A stretch of DNA of 12,249 bases from a virus (lineage: Duplodnaviria > Heunggongvirae > Uroviricota > Caudoviricetes). The stretch spans positions 1 through 12,249 of the IMG/VR virus record IMGVR_UViG_2737471839_000006; one strand, written 5' to 3'. The notes under the pieces were generated by a model. It was not told the DNA's origin. It ran no database searches and saw only the letters and a program-made list of their open reading frames with translations. Below are positions 1 to 7,873 of this stretch, in pieces. Each line of letters opens with the position of its first letter. Position 1 is the first letter of the stretch. Made by a program: the position numbers and the translations under genes.

Positions 1-109
1 CACCACCCCGTCAGTAGCTGAACAGGAGGGACAGCTGATAGAAACAGAAGCCACTGGAGCACCTCAAAAACACCATCATACACTAAATCAGTAAGTTGGC
101 AGCATCACC
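1..109 (-). mobile_element. IS1 terminal segment, including the terminal inverted repeat; the element continues beyond the window start and includes the first codons of insA on the minus strand
   Basis: Positions 1..109 are the exact reverse complement of the IS1 left end as I recall it (GGTGATGCTGCCAACTTACTGATTTAGTGTATGATGG...GACGGGGTGGTG). The terminal repeat ends at 109 (..CAGCATCACC), where the sequence turns abruptly AT-rich. Recognised from memory, not searched. Confidence 0.85.
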
Positions 110-337
110 CGGGGAACTATAACAATGTTTCTAGCTTGGTGCTGTATGAATTAGTGAATTAGTAGGGAATATATCCACACATTGATTAACACAAAAATAT
201 TTCAGATATTAAATGTAACTCAAAGGATGAGTAATAATGGTTGTGTAGCGTATAACAGGATGCTGAGGTAGTATTAAACAATGAATAAATCTGATTGACA
301 AGCACCAGATAATACTGCGGGTCAATCATTAGACATG

Positions 338-372
338 AACGCCACTAGTTACTGAGAGTAACTAATGGCGTT
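338..372. repeat. Near-perfect 16-bp inverted repeat (AACGCCACTAGTTACT-gag-AGTAACTAATGGCGTT, 15/16), a possible 3' stem-loop or protein-binding site downstream of the HD gene
   Basis: Read directly; one C/A mismatch. It sits 43-77 bp downstream of the minus-strand stop at 415..417. A second AT-rich hairpin (GATGTTTT-ttt-AAAACATC, 387..405) lies between the stop and this palindrome. Confidence 0.4.
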
Positions 373-414
373 GTGTTTATAGTTAAGATGTTTTTTTAAA
401 ACATCAGGGGGGCT

Positions 415-1962
415 CTACTTGTCTTTTTTAATATGTTCAATCTCATCATTAAGACATTTATCTATTTTTTTTATTAACACATTAATTTCTTCGGTGTTTT
501 GGAGTTGAGTTGTCTTAGAAACAAAAACTCGAATAAAGAATTTAACATAGTGATAGGGTTGAAGTACATCGTTATACTTACATAAATCATTTATTGTATA
601 CTTGCCGCCTGTTTCTTTTTTTATTATTTTAGCTTGACTTGTATCGATATCTTTAAAGTTATCTTCAATCTGAAAATCAAGAACCCATTCATCTCCTTTT
701 AAATTATCCTCAATGATTTTGTTGATTTTCTTAGATATATTTTGTTTATATTCTTTGTATCTGTTGTCGGAAATGTTAACATTAGAAAACGTGTGTTTTT
801 TTTCATATATTTTTTTCCAAACATTTCTATCAACAATATCTTGAATTATAGCTTGAGAATTTTTATCTAATGTGTTTTTAAGAGTGTTTTCTAAAAACGT
901 TTTGTCTGGGTTTTCACGATAAAAGTGTTTGATGGACTCAATGAGAGTGTTTTTAGATTTTAAAGAGACAACATCATCAGTTTTTTTTCTAGAACACGCT
1001 TTGTTAAGCATCGCAGATAGTGCACGATTGGTCTTATGAAAATAAACTTGACTATAAAGCCCACTTCTTGCATTGGCAAATTCTAGTATTGAATCCATAC
1101 CACTTTCTTTATATGCCAGGTAAACACTATTTTCAACTTTCACAGGAATAAATGACATTAATAATCGTCCATAATCATAAATCCCATATTTAACGCCGGA
1201 GAAGTAGCTATCTCTAAGTAGGTAGTCCATTCTGTCCGCATCTATAGGTGAAGATGATATGATTGAACCTAATAAAGGATATACATTTACTCCCTCAATG
1301 TTATTTTTAAAATCATATCTTTTATCAACAATTTTTATAATGCTTTCTGGATTAATAGCCGCTATGTTTTCTTTATAGACATCGTCGTCATTTGATTTAT
1401 CTTGGGCTTCATTTTTTAATTCTTCAATAATTTCTTTAATAAAAATACATGATACTTGTTCGTGGGTTAACTTGTCATTATCACTTAAAGATATAATCTT
1501 ATCGTATTGTTTATTTCCTTCAGTTTTGCATTTTTCTTTGAAATCTTTTACGGATATTGCAAAACTATCGAATTGGTGGGCAAGTGGGCCATGCCCAACA
1601 TCGTGTAACAATGCTGCAATACGTAACTCCTGTATAAGACTTGAAGGCATTTTTTTTATATCTAAATATAGATCAATGCCCATATTTTTTCGGTCATAAA
1701 TTAATGCATTCAAATTTATATTTTTCAAAATCTCATACGATAAATGCATTACACCGACAGAGTGTTCAAAGCGAGAGTGCATTGCAGAAGGAAATACTTT
1801 ATATAGAAACGTGTTCTGCCTGATATCTCGTAGTCGTTGGAATAAAGGATGGTCAATTATCTTTTTTTCTAGCTTAGTTATTCGAATCACTCCATGTATG
1901 GGATCTAAAAACTTCCCCAGAAGTAAGTCTTCAAAGTTCTCAAGTTTGTTTTTGTTTGTCAT
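415..1962 (-). CDS. SAMHD1-like HD-domain dNTP triphosphohydrolase (515 aa)
   Basis: Uninterrupted 515-aa ORF with ATG start at 1962..1960 preceded by AAGGAAAG. HD-superfamily motifs are all present: DPIHG (aa 21-24), RFEHS (aa 64-68), LLHDVGHGPLAH (aa 118-129), THEQ (aa 166-169), DADRMDYLLRD (aa 241-251). Spacing and flanking residues parallel human SAMHD1 as I recall it. Very AT-rich with K/N/I-rich codon usage, unlike the flanking prophage genes. Confidence 0.85.
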   Translation of the reverse strand: MTNKNKLENFEDLLLGKFLDPIHGVIRITKLEKKIIDHPLFQRLRDIRQNTFLYKVFPSAMHSRFEHSVGVMHLSYEILKNINLNALIYDRKNMGIDLYLDIKKMPSSLIQELRIAALLHDVGHGPLAHQFDSFAISVKDFKEKCKTEGNKQYDKIISLSDNDKLTHEQVSCIFIKEIIEELKNEAQDKSNDDDVYKENIAAINPESIIKIVDKRYDFKNNIEGVNVYPLLGSIISSSPIDADRMDYLLRDSYFSGVKYGIYDYGRLLMSFIPVKVENSVYLAYKESGMDSILEFANARSGLYSQVYFHKTNRALSAMLNKACSRKKTDDVVSLKSKNTLIESIKHFYRENPDKTFLENTLKNTLDKNSQAIIQDIVDRNVWKKIYEKKHTFSNVNISDNRYKEYKQNISKKINKIIEDNLKGDEWVLDFQIEDNFKDIDTSQAKIIKKETGGKYTINDLCKYNDVLQPYHYVKFFIRVFVSKTTQLQNTEEINVLIKKIDKCLNDEIEHIKKDK

Positions 1963-2023
1963 GAGGCTTTCCTTTTGCTGTAGTTATAATACGAAATTTA
2001 AATAGTAATGATGTTTATAGTTT

Positions 2024-2052
2024 CAATGTGTTATCTAATGGTTAACACATTG
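2024..2052. promoter_or_regulatory. Perfect 10-bp inverted repeat CAATGTGTTA-N9-TAACACATTG, a putative operator or promoter element 62-90 bp upstream of the HD gene start
   Basis: Read directly. On the minus strand the right arm ends in TTGAAA, which could serve as a -35 element. The 10-mer TTCAATGTGT (2022..2031) recurs at 3873..3882 upstream of the second island gene. Confidence 0.45.
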
Positions 2053-2321
2053 TGATGTAGCATATCAATATGGATTCATATGTTCAATTGGTCTGTGGAG
2101 TTTAGTTATGAATAAGATTGATTCTGGTAATACTTTGTAGTTTAAGCTAGAGGCGGGATTCGTGATGTTCAAATCAGTATGTAATGGAGGTTGTGCATTA
2201 GTACTTGCTGCTGGAAATTAAAAATAAAGTTGCAAGTAATCGACGTTTTCCGAGAGGAGGATGTAAGCATCGCTGACCAAAAAGTATCAACGATGCCTGT
2301 TTTGTTTTAACTACAAATTAA

Positions 2322-3824
2322 TTAAATTGCATCTGCAAACTCTGTGATTTTTCGCTCAAGTATGATTGATGAGTTGCTGTTGTCGATTTTTTTATTTTCA
2401 TGATTACGAATAGCCAATGACTCATTAAAGTCTTTTGCGACTGCTGTCTCAATAAATTCAATTTCTGAATCAGAGTGTTTTTTAACAGCTTCTTTGATCT
2501 CATCCAGAGTAACATAGAAAAACTCTTTTCTACGATTTACAAGATTGACTCTCTTTTTATCGAAGACATCATGTAGTTTTTTTTCTAATGATGGAGCGTC
2601 CTCCGAATAAATCATGGCATGCACATCAAAAATAAAAGGAACAGATGCATCACCAAGCTCATTTACACGGTCTTGTGGATCAAGACGTCGTGTCATGCCT
2701 ATTTTATAAACATTCTCCCCAAAAGAACCTATGTTCGAAATAATATAAACATGACCTTGTTTGGTTTGTTGTGCCATGGATAATGCTCTTTGATGCTTTG
2801 ATTCAGCCTGCGACAAACTCTGTTCTAGTTCGGCAATGCGATTTTCGAGGCGCTGCTTCATGTCACCAGTAACTTTTTCCATTTCCTTTCTTGCAGCTTC
2901 AATTGCTTTTTTATAACGGCGCTCTTCTGCCTCTGCGTCTTGCATGGCCTTTTCTATTTCTCGTTGTGCACGCTCCTCCTCTCTCATTTGTGCCCTTATT
3001 TCTGCCTGTTCTTCTTTTTCTTTCTGTTTTTGCTCACGATATTCATGGGTAAGCCACAACTCCTCAAGTTTTTTATTAAGGTATTTAGTATTTATATATA
3101 TGTGATTTTGCTCGTTTAGTTTATTTATGGCCTCAAATGCCTTTGTGATGCGTTCTTCCATTTTAGTGATATTTTTCCACGTGCAATTACTAATTGCAGC
3201 ATCACATTCATTATTAAATGCTCTAGTAGTTAGCCTAATATTTCTGTCTGTCATTTTTTTACCCTCTGCTCGAGAGCCTTCAACAGTCCATTGGGTTGTG
3301 CAATATACTGCACCAGAGTGGGTTTTATCCCGCAGCATTAATTTCTGTTCATCCCTGATGGATTTTATTTTGTTTTTAAATTGCTCTGAATCTTCAAAAT
3401 TAAAATGAGGTTCGTAAAATCCTAGTTCGGCTAGTTCAACATCTTCTGAATAAATAGAAATTTGCTTTACTAGCTTATCATATATTTCTTTCTTCTCTTT
3501 ATAAGTTCTTCTTAGTTCTTGGATTTGTTTATTGATACCATCCATTTTTTCAATGGTGTTTGTTAGTTCATTATTGGCATTTTCTTTTACTTTTTGGGAC
3601 TCTTCTTTTATAATGGAGCATTCTTGCTCTGTTTTCTCAATAAGCTTCTTACATTCCTCTTCCACATTAAAATAATCTGCAAAGCGAGATTTGTATTCTT
3701 CATTTTTTTGATTGCTATCACTTAATTCTAATTGTATTTTTTTGATGCGTTTGATTGCAGCTATATATAGAACAAGAACAACCAATAAAAATATGATTGC
3801 AAGTAATAGTGGAGTTTGAGTCAT
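2322..3824 (-). CDS. Membrane-anchored coiled-coil protein with C-terminal T5orf172/MUG113-type (GIY-YIG superfamily) domain; middle region resembles DUF4041 (500 aa)
   Basis: 500-aa ORF with ATG at 3824..3822 and GGAA upstream. N-terminal hydrophobic helix (LLLAIIFLLVVLVLYIAAI, aa 5-24). Long E/K/Q/R-rich heptad-like segments (aa ~30-130 and ~250-350). C-terminal block GHVYIISNIGSFGENVYKIGMTRR...PFIFDVHAMIYSEDAPSLEKKLHDVFDKKRV...RKEFFYV (aa ~357-440; nt ~2505..2756) matches the T5orf172 signature as I recall it. AT-rich like the HD gene. Confidence 0.85.
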   Translation of the reverse strand: MTQTPLLLAIIFLLVVLVLYIAAIKRIKKIQLELSDSNQKNEEYKSRFADYFNVEEECKKLIEKTEQECSIIKEESQKVKENANNELTNTIEKMDGINKQIQELRRTYKEKKEIYDKLVKQISIYSEDVELAELGFYEPHFNFEDSEQFKNKIKSIRDEQKLMLRDKTHSGAVYCTTQWTVEGSRAEGKKMTDRNIRLTTRAFNNECDAAISNCTWKNITKMEERITKAFEAINKLNEQNHIYINTKYLNKKLEELWLTHEYREQKQKEKEEQAEIRAQMREEERAQREIEKAMQDAEAEERRYKKAIEAARKEMEKVTGDMKQRLENRIAELEQSLSQAESKHQRALSMAQQTKQGHVYIISNIGSFGENVYKIGMTRRLDPQDRVNELGDASVPFIFDVHAMIYSEDAPSLEKKLHDVFDKKRVNLVNRRKEFFYVTLDEIKEAVKKHSDSEIEFIETAVAKDFNESLAIRNHENKKIDNSNSSIILERKITEFADAI

Positions 3825-3872
3825 TCGTGCTATTCCTTACGGACAATTTAAGACGTTTTGTATTAAATCCTG

Positions 3873-3882
3873 TTCAATGTGT
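3873..3882. promoter_or_regulatory. Second copy of the 10-mer TTCAATGTGT, 49-58 bp upstream of the start of the 500-aa gene
   Basis: Read directly; identical to 2022..2031. On the minus strand it reads ACACATTGAAC, again ending in a -35-like TTGAAC. Confidence 0.35.
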
Positions 3883-4152
3883 ATGCGGGTGATTGCTACC
3901 GCTTACAATCTTCATAATTATCAGTTAGATAGACTCGCTAGTAAATAATTTCATTTTTTGCAATATTCTTATTGAATATTTCAATTTATGAAATGAACTC
4001 TTTATCCTTTCAAGGCGAAAGGTTTCTTCTTCGGAAATATTTGCTCTCGTGTGACGTATAAAGGCCTTTGATTTTTAAAAAACAGTAGGGAATAATATAG
4101 TTACTGTCGGCCTGAACACCCGGCGGTGGGGTTGCGCTAAACGGGGACGTTT

Positions 4153-4254
4153 ATGCGCACATACAATCTAAACTCTCTTCTCCCTTCACAGATGCAGAAA
4201 TGCACCTGCGATTTTTTGCATCCAACGTTTGACCTCTGCGGAGGTGAAGCGTGA
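4153..4254 (+). CDS. ylcH: Small 33-aa ORF, YlcH-like, overlapping the ybcN start by 4 nt
   Basis: ATG at 4153 translates to [33 protein letters not shown] and stops within GTGA, which also supplies the ybcN start. Size and position match my recollection of ylcH in DLP12. Too short for the ORF track; hand-translated. Confidence 0.4.
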   Translation: MRTYNLNSLLPSQMQKCTCDFLHPTFDLCGGEA

Positions 4255-4706
4255 ACCTACCACAAGATGGCATCAAATTACATCGCGGCAACTTCACCGC
4301 TATCGGCCAGCAGATCCAGCCTTATCTGGAGGACGGAAAATGCTTTCGCATGGTGCTTAAACCGTGGCGTGAGAAACGCAGTCTTTCCCAGAATGCACTC
4401 AGCCACATGTGGTACAGCGAAATCAGTGAATACCTTATCAGCAGGGGGAAATCGTTCGCTACCGCAGCATGGGTAAAAGAAGCTCTCAAACACACATACC
4501 TCGGTTATGAAACCAAAGAACTGGTTGATGTCGTAACCGGTGAAATCACCACTATCCAGTCGTTACGCCATACCTCCGATCTTGATGCCGGAGAGATGTA
4601 TGTCTTCCTGTGTAAGGTTGAAGCCTGGGCGATGAATATTGGCTGCCACCTGACTATTCCGCAGAGCTGCGAGTTCCAGCTGCTGCGCGACAAGCAGGAG
4701 GCGTAA
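4251..4706 (+). CDS. ybcN: NinB-family protein (YbcN-like), 151 aa, GTG start
   Basis: ORF track 4251..4706. GGAGGTG sits 5 nt upstream of the GTG. The sequence [19 protein letters not shown]...[18 protein letters not shown] matches the DLP12 YbcN/NinB family as I recall it (lambda NinB has the analogous RSLDQN block). Confidence 0.9.
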   Translation: MNLPQDGIKLHRGNFTAIGQQIQPYLEDGKCFRMVLKPWREKRSLSQNALSHMWYSEISEYLISRGKSFATAAWVKEALKHTYLGYETKELVDVVTGEITTIQSLRHTSDLDAGEMYVFLCKVEAWAMNIGCHLTIPQSCEFQLLRDKQEA

Positions 4707-4876
4707 TGGCTACACCGCTTATTCGTGTCATGAACGGACACATCTACAGAGTACCAAATCGTCGTAAGCGTAAACCTGAGCTGAAGCCATCCGAAATACC
4801 AACACTGCTCGGATATACCGCCAGCCTGGTTGATAAAAAATGGTTGCGACTGGCAGCAAGGAGGAATCATGGCTGA
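4706..4876 (+). CDS. ninE: NinE-family small protein (56 aa)
   Basis: ATG overlaps the ybcN stop (TAATG). Hand translation gives [56 protein letters not shown]. Below the ORF-track size cutoff. Confidence 0.7.
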   Translation: MATPLIRVMNGHIYRVPNRRKRKPELKPSEIPTLLGYTASLVDKKWLRLAARRNHG

Positions 4877-5159
4877 TTTGAGAAAAGCAGCGCGTGGTCG
4901 GGAATGCCAGGTAAGAATCCCTGGCGTATGTAATGGCAACCCTGAAACGTCTGTACTGGCACATATCCGGCTGACTGGATTGTGCGGCACCGGTACCAAA
5001 CCGCCAGACCTGATTGCCACCATTGCATGTTCTGCCTGCCACGACGAAATCGACCGCCGCACACATTTTGTCGATGCCGCATATGCAAAAGAATGCGCGC
5101 TGGAAGGTATGGCGAGAACGCAGGTTATCTGGCTGAAAGAGGGGGTAATCAAGGCGTGA
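4869..5159 (+). CDS. ybcO: YbcO-like putative nuclease (Cys-rich, 96 aa from ATG at 4869)
   Basis: Track ORF 4830..5159 begins at a TTG; the ATG at 4869 is preceded by AGGAGGAA and gives 96 aa ([23 protein letters not shown]...), the size I recall for DLP12 YbcO. Conserved Cys/His residues (C..C..C..H) are present. Confidence 0.75.
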   Translation: MADLRKAARGRECQVRIPGVCNGNPETSVLAHIRLTGLCGTGTKPPDLIATIACSACHDEIDRRTHFVDAAYAKECALEGMARTQVIWLKEGVIKA

Positions 5160-5518
5160 ATACCTACAACATCACATTACCCTGGCCGCCTAGCAATAAC
5201 CGCTACTACCGGCATAATCGCGGGCGCACACACATCAGCGCAGAAGGGCAGGCATACCGCGATAACGTCGCCCGAATCATTAAAAACGCAATGCTGGATA
5301 TCGGCCTGGCTATTCCTGTAAAAATCCGCATTGAGTGCCACATGCCGGATCGCCGTCGCCGTGACCTGGATAATCTGCAAAAAGCCGCTTTTGACGCACT
5401 CACCAAAGCAGGTTTCTGGCTGGATGATGTTCAGGTCGTTGATTACCGTGTTGTGAAGATGCCCGTTACCAAAGGTGGGAAGCTGGAGTTGACCATCACC
5501 GAACTGGGGAATGAATGA
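5156..5518 (+). CDS. rusA: RusA Holliday-junction resolvase (120 aa, GTG start overlapping the ybcO stop)
   Basis: Track ORF 4982..5518 is a 5'-extended frame; GTG at 5156 (within GCGTGAAT) gives [23 protein letters not shown]...[25 protein letters not shown], which I recognise as RusA. Confidence 0.9.
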   Translation: MNTYNITLPWPPSNNRYYRHNRGRTHISAEGQAYRDNVARIIKNAMLDIGLAIPVKIRIECHMPDRRRRDLDNLQKAAFDALTKAGFWLDDVQVVDYRVVKMPVTKGGKLELTITELGNE

Positions 5519-5655
5519 TGTTTGAGTCTTATATGGCAGAACGTCTTCGCCACCGCTGGATGCGCCTGCGCTTATATCGTTTCCCCGGTTCTGTTTTGAC
5601 CGATTACCGAATACTGAAGAGTTACGCCAAAACCCTGACAGGAGCAGGAGTATGA
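5515..5655 (+). CDS. ylcG: YlcG-like small protein (46 aa)
   Basis: ATGATG start overlaps the rusA stop (AATGAATGATG). Hand translation gives [46 protein letters not shown]. Below the track cutoff. Confidence 0.55.
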   Translation: MMFESYMAERLRHRWMRLRLYRFPGSVLTDYRILKSYAKTLTGAGV

Positions 5656-5740
5656 AGTCAGAGATAACAACCAACTAATACTGTTTTGTTGATTTTTGCT
5701 TGTAATTGGCGTTCTGGTCTGAGTTTTGTGGAGTAAGTTG

Positions 5741-6124
5741 ATGCGTGATATTCAGATGGTTCTTGAGCGTTGGGGAGCGTGGGCGGCTAATAATCATGAA
5801 GATGTGACCTGGTCGTCCATTGCCGCCGGTTTTAAGGGATTAATTACTTCAAAAGTAAAATCTCGCCCGCAATGTTGTGACGATGACGCGATGATCATTT
5901 GCGGGTGCATGGCCCGTCTGAAAAAGAACAACAGCGATTTGCACGATTTATTAGTAGATTATTATGTAGTCGGTATGACATTCATGTCACTGGCAGGTAA
6001 GCATTGCTGCTCTGATGGTTATATCGGGAAAAGGTTACAGAAGGCTGAGGGCATAATTGAAGGGATGTTAATGGCATTAGATATCCGGTTAGAGATGGAT
6101 ATCGTTGTTAATAACTCTAATTAA
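5741..6124 (+). CDS. quuD: Late-gene antiterminator Q (QuuD-like, 127 aa)
   Basis: Track ORF 5726..6124 starts at an upstream TTG; the ATG at 5741 gives 127 aa ([24 protein letters not shown]...) with Cys clusters ([18 protein letters not shown]) typical of Q-family antiterminators. Position after rusA/ylcG and before the lysis genes is as expected. Confidence 0.85.
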   Translation: MRDIQMVLERWGAWAANNHEDVTWSSIAAGFKGLITSKVKSRPQCCDDDAMIICGCMARLKKNNSDLHDLLVDYYVVGMTFMSLAGKHCCSDGYIGKRLQKAEGIIEGMLMALDIRLEMDIVVNNSN

Positions 6125-6157
6125 TATGCCAATTGTTTACTAAAAATTATTAAAAAT

Positions 6158-6175
6158 GGGGCGTTGAGACGCCCC
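6158..6175 (-). terminator. GC hairpin (GGGGCGT-tgag-ACGCCCC) followed on the minus strand by ATTTTTAATAATTTTT; candidate intrinsic terminator for minus-strand (nmpC) transcription
   Basis: Read directly. The T-rich tract is only on the minus-strand 3' side, 34 nt beyond the quuD stop. Confidence 0.4.
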
Positions 6176-6265
6176 CAAAAATAAAGGGTAATATATAACA
6201 GAAGGTTTATATAGTTAGAAGCAAGGTTGTGCTTCTAAAGGAAGTGGCTTGAGGGAGCCACTTAT

Positions 6266-6304
6266 ATGTTGGGGAGGCAACGCCTCCCGCAACATATCTT
6301 TTTC
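6266..6304 (+). terminator. tR'-like intrinsic terminator candidate (GGGAGGC-aac-GCCTCCC within an extended imperfect stem, then ATCTTTTTCG)
   Basis: Read directly. Lies about 140 nt downstream of quuD, where lambdoid phages place pR'/qut/tR'. Two further hairpins (6218..6237, 6244..6261) sit just upstream. Confidence 0.4.
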
Positions 6305-6313
6305 GTAATCAGA

Positions 6314-7411
6314 TTAGAACTGGTAAACCAGACCTACAGCAACGATGTCATCAGTGCTTACACCGAGTGCTTTAGTGAAGTCATTTTTGTCAAGCAGGTT
6401 GATTTTGTAATCAACGAAAGTAGACATATTTTTGTTGAAGTAATAGGTTGCACCTACATCAACATATTTGACTAAGTCCTGATCGCCCCATACTCCAAGA
6501 TCCTTACCTTTAGATTGCAGGTAAGCAACGGACGGACGCAGACCGAAATCGAACTGATATTGTGCAACAGCTTCGAAGTTTTGGGCTTTATTAGCAACGA
6601 AGTGATCAGCAAATACAGTCATATTCTGGGTTTCAGAATAGGTAGTGGCCAGGTAAATGTTGTTAGCATCATATTTCAGACCTGCGGCCCAAACTTCTGC
6701 ATTTTTACCGGAAGCAAATACTTCAGGAAGAACTTTCCCTGCATTAACTTGAGTGTCGGTACGATCAGATTTCGCATAAGTTGCACCGATACCGAATCCT
6801 TCGTATTCATAGGTAGCAGAGAAACCGAAGCCATCACCGTTACCTTCAGTGTAGTTATCGAAATCGCTACGATCGTTTTTGCCTTGGTACTGAGCAGCAA
6901 AGTTCAGACCATCAACCAGACCAAAGAAGTCGTTGTTACGATAGGTTGCAACACCAGTGGTGCGACCAGTCATGAACACATCTGTTTGGGTCCAGGTATC
7001 GCCACCGAATTCTGGCAGAACGTCAGTCCACGCACCGATGTCGTATGCTACACCGTAGTTACGGCCGTAATCGATTGAGCCGTAGTCACCGAATTTCAGG
7101 CCTGCAAATGCAAGACGGGTTTTGTCTTTGGAGGAACCTTGAGATTCAGCGCGGTTGCCTTTGAATTCATATTCCCACTGACCGAAACCAGTCAGTTGAT
7201 CGTTGATTTGGGTTTCACCTTTGAAGCCAAGACGGGCATAAGTAGTATCACCATCATCTGCATCATTAGAGGAGAAGTAGTGCTTAGCATTAACTTTCCC
7301 GTACAGATCCAGCTTGTTACTGTCTTTATTATAAATTTCAGCTGCCTGAGCAGACATCGCCATCAGTACTGATGCAGCTACAGCAGAAATTGCCACTGTT
7401 AATTTTTTCAT
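6314..7411 (-). CDS. nmpC: Outer-membrane general porin NmpC/OmpD-like, intact (365 aa with signal peptide)
   Basis: ORF track. N-terminal signal peptide [23 protein letters not shown] then AEIYNKD...; C-terminal ...AVGLVYQF, the typical porin terminal Phe. ATG is preceded by AAGGG. Recognised as the DLP12 porin gene, here without an IS interruption. Confidence 0.9.
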   Translation of the reverse strand: MKKLTVAISAVAASVLMAMSAQAAEIYNKDSNKLDLYGKVNAKHYFSSNDADDGDTTYARLGFKGETQINDQLTGFGQWEYEFKGNRAESQGSSKDKTRLAFAGLKFGDYGSIDYGRNYGVAYDIGAWTDVLPEFGGDTWTQTDVFMTGRTTGVATYRNNDFFGLVDGLNFAAQYQGKNDRSDFDNYTEGNGDGFGFSATYEYEGFGIGATYAKSDRTDTQVNAGKVLPEVFASGKNAEVWAAGLKYDANNIYLATTYSETQNMTVFADHFVANKAQNFEAVAQYQFDFGLRPSVAYLQSKGKDLGVWGDQDLVKYVDVGATYYFNKNMSTFVDYKINLLDKNDFTKALGVSTDDIVAVGLVYQF

Positions 7412-7840
7412 CGTGAGCCCTTTTTTTTGAACTATTATTAAAAAATGATGTCACTGCGCGATAAATATTCATCTAATCAATGTGATTATTTCAAGATGTA
7501 AGTTTTGGTTTCTCGTTTGATTTGTGAAGTAGATCTCTATTTTTATCTGAACTTTTTTCTATCGAATCCTATTCATAGCTCTTGGCTGAATAAAAATAAA
7601 TCTATTAGCCAATTTATATTAACGACTGTTATTTATAAGTGCTCTATAATTTGAAGGTTCAATTTAAATCGGCTAAAAATAACACTGGAAATTATTTGTT
7701 GGTTATTTGTTGAGGTTTTCTTATGTATTTGTGGTGGTGTTTTGAACACTCGGTAGCATTCTCGCAAATATCATTTAGTGGTTTACGTACGTAAAAAATT
7801 GGTTATGCTGTTAAGAGTGGTTACTTCGTCACACAGCTTA

Positions 7841-7873
7841 AACCCGCCGTCGAGCGGGTTTTTCCATTTTTTG
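7841..7873 (+). terminator. Intrinsic terminator candidate about 110 bp upstream of the holin gene (AACCCGC-cgtcga-GCGGGTT then TTTCCATTTTTTG)
   Basis: Read directly; the T-tract is on the plus strand only. Confidence 0.55.

Noticed and set aside
1-109. The first ~100 bp looked like cloning-vector sequence (the p15A/Tn9 junction in pACYC-type plasmids), which would suggest a synthetic construct.
   Set aside because: That vector stretch is itself the end of IS1, flanking Tn9. The match here ends exactly at the IS1 terminal repeat and continues into prophage-like DNA, so a native IS1 copy is the simpler explanation.
1472-2005. Three plus-strand ORFs (1472..1699, 1641..1823, 1811..2005) inside or overlapping the HD gene.
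   Set aside because: They are antisense to a well-supported 515-aa gene with conserved motifs, lack ribosome-binding sites and have low-complexity composition.
2318-3408. ORFs 2318..2515 (minus) and 3127..3408 (plus) within the 500-aa gene.
   Set aside because: Alternative-frame or antisense ORFs inside a strong coding region; no independent support.
4267-5674. Numerous ORFs overlapping the nin genes on both strands (4267..4476, 4278..4493, 4505..5152, 4728..5066, 4867..5088, 5177..5674, 5206..5406), plus the 5' extension of the rusA frame from 4982.
   Set aside because: The recognised ybcN/ninE/ybcO/rusA/ylcG genes account for this region; the overlapping ORFs are Arg/Cys/Ser-rich frame artefacts typical of GC-richer DNA.
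6266-7372. Plus-strand ORFs 6266..6475, 6515..7078 and 7139..7372, and minus-strand 6676..6900, inside nmpC.
   Set aside because: Antisense or alternative frames of the porin gene, which has a signal peptide and terminal Phe.
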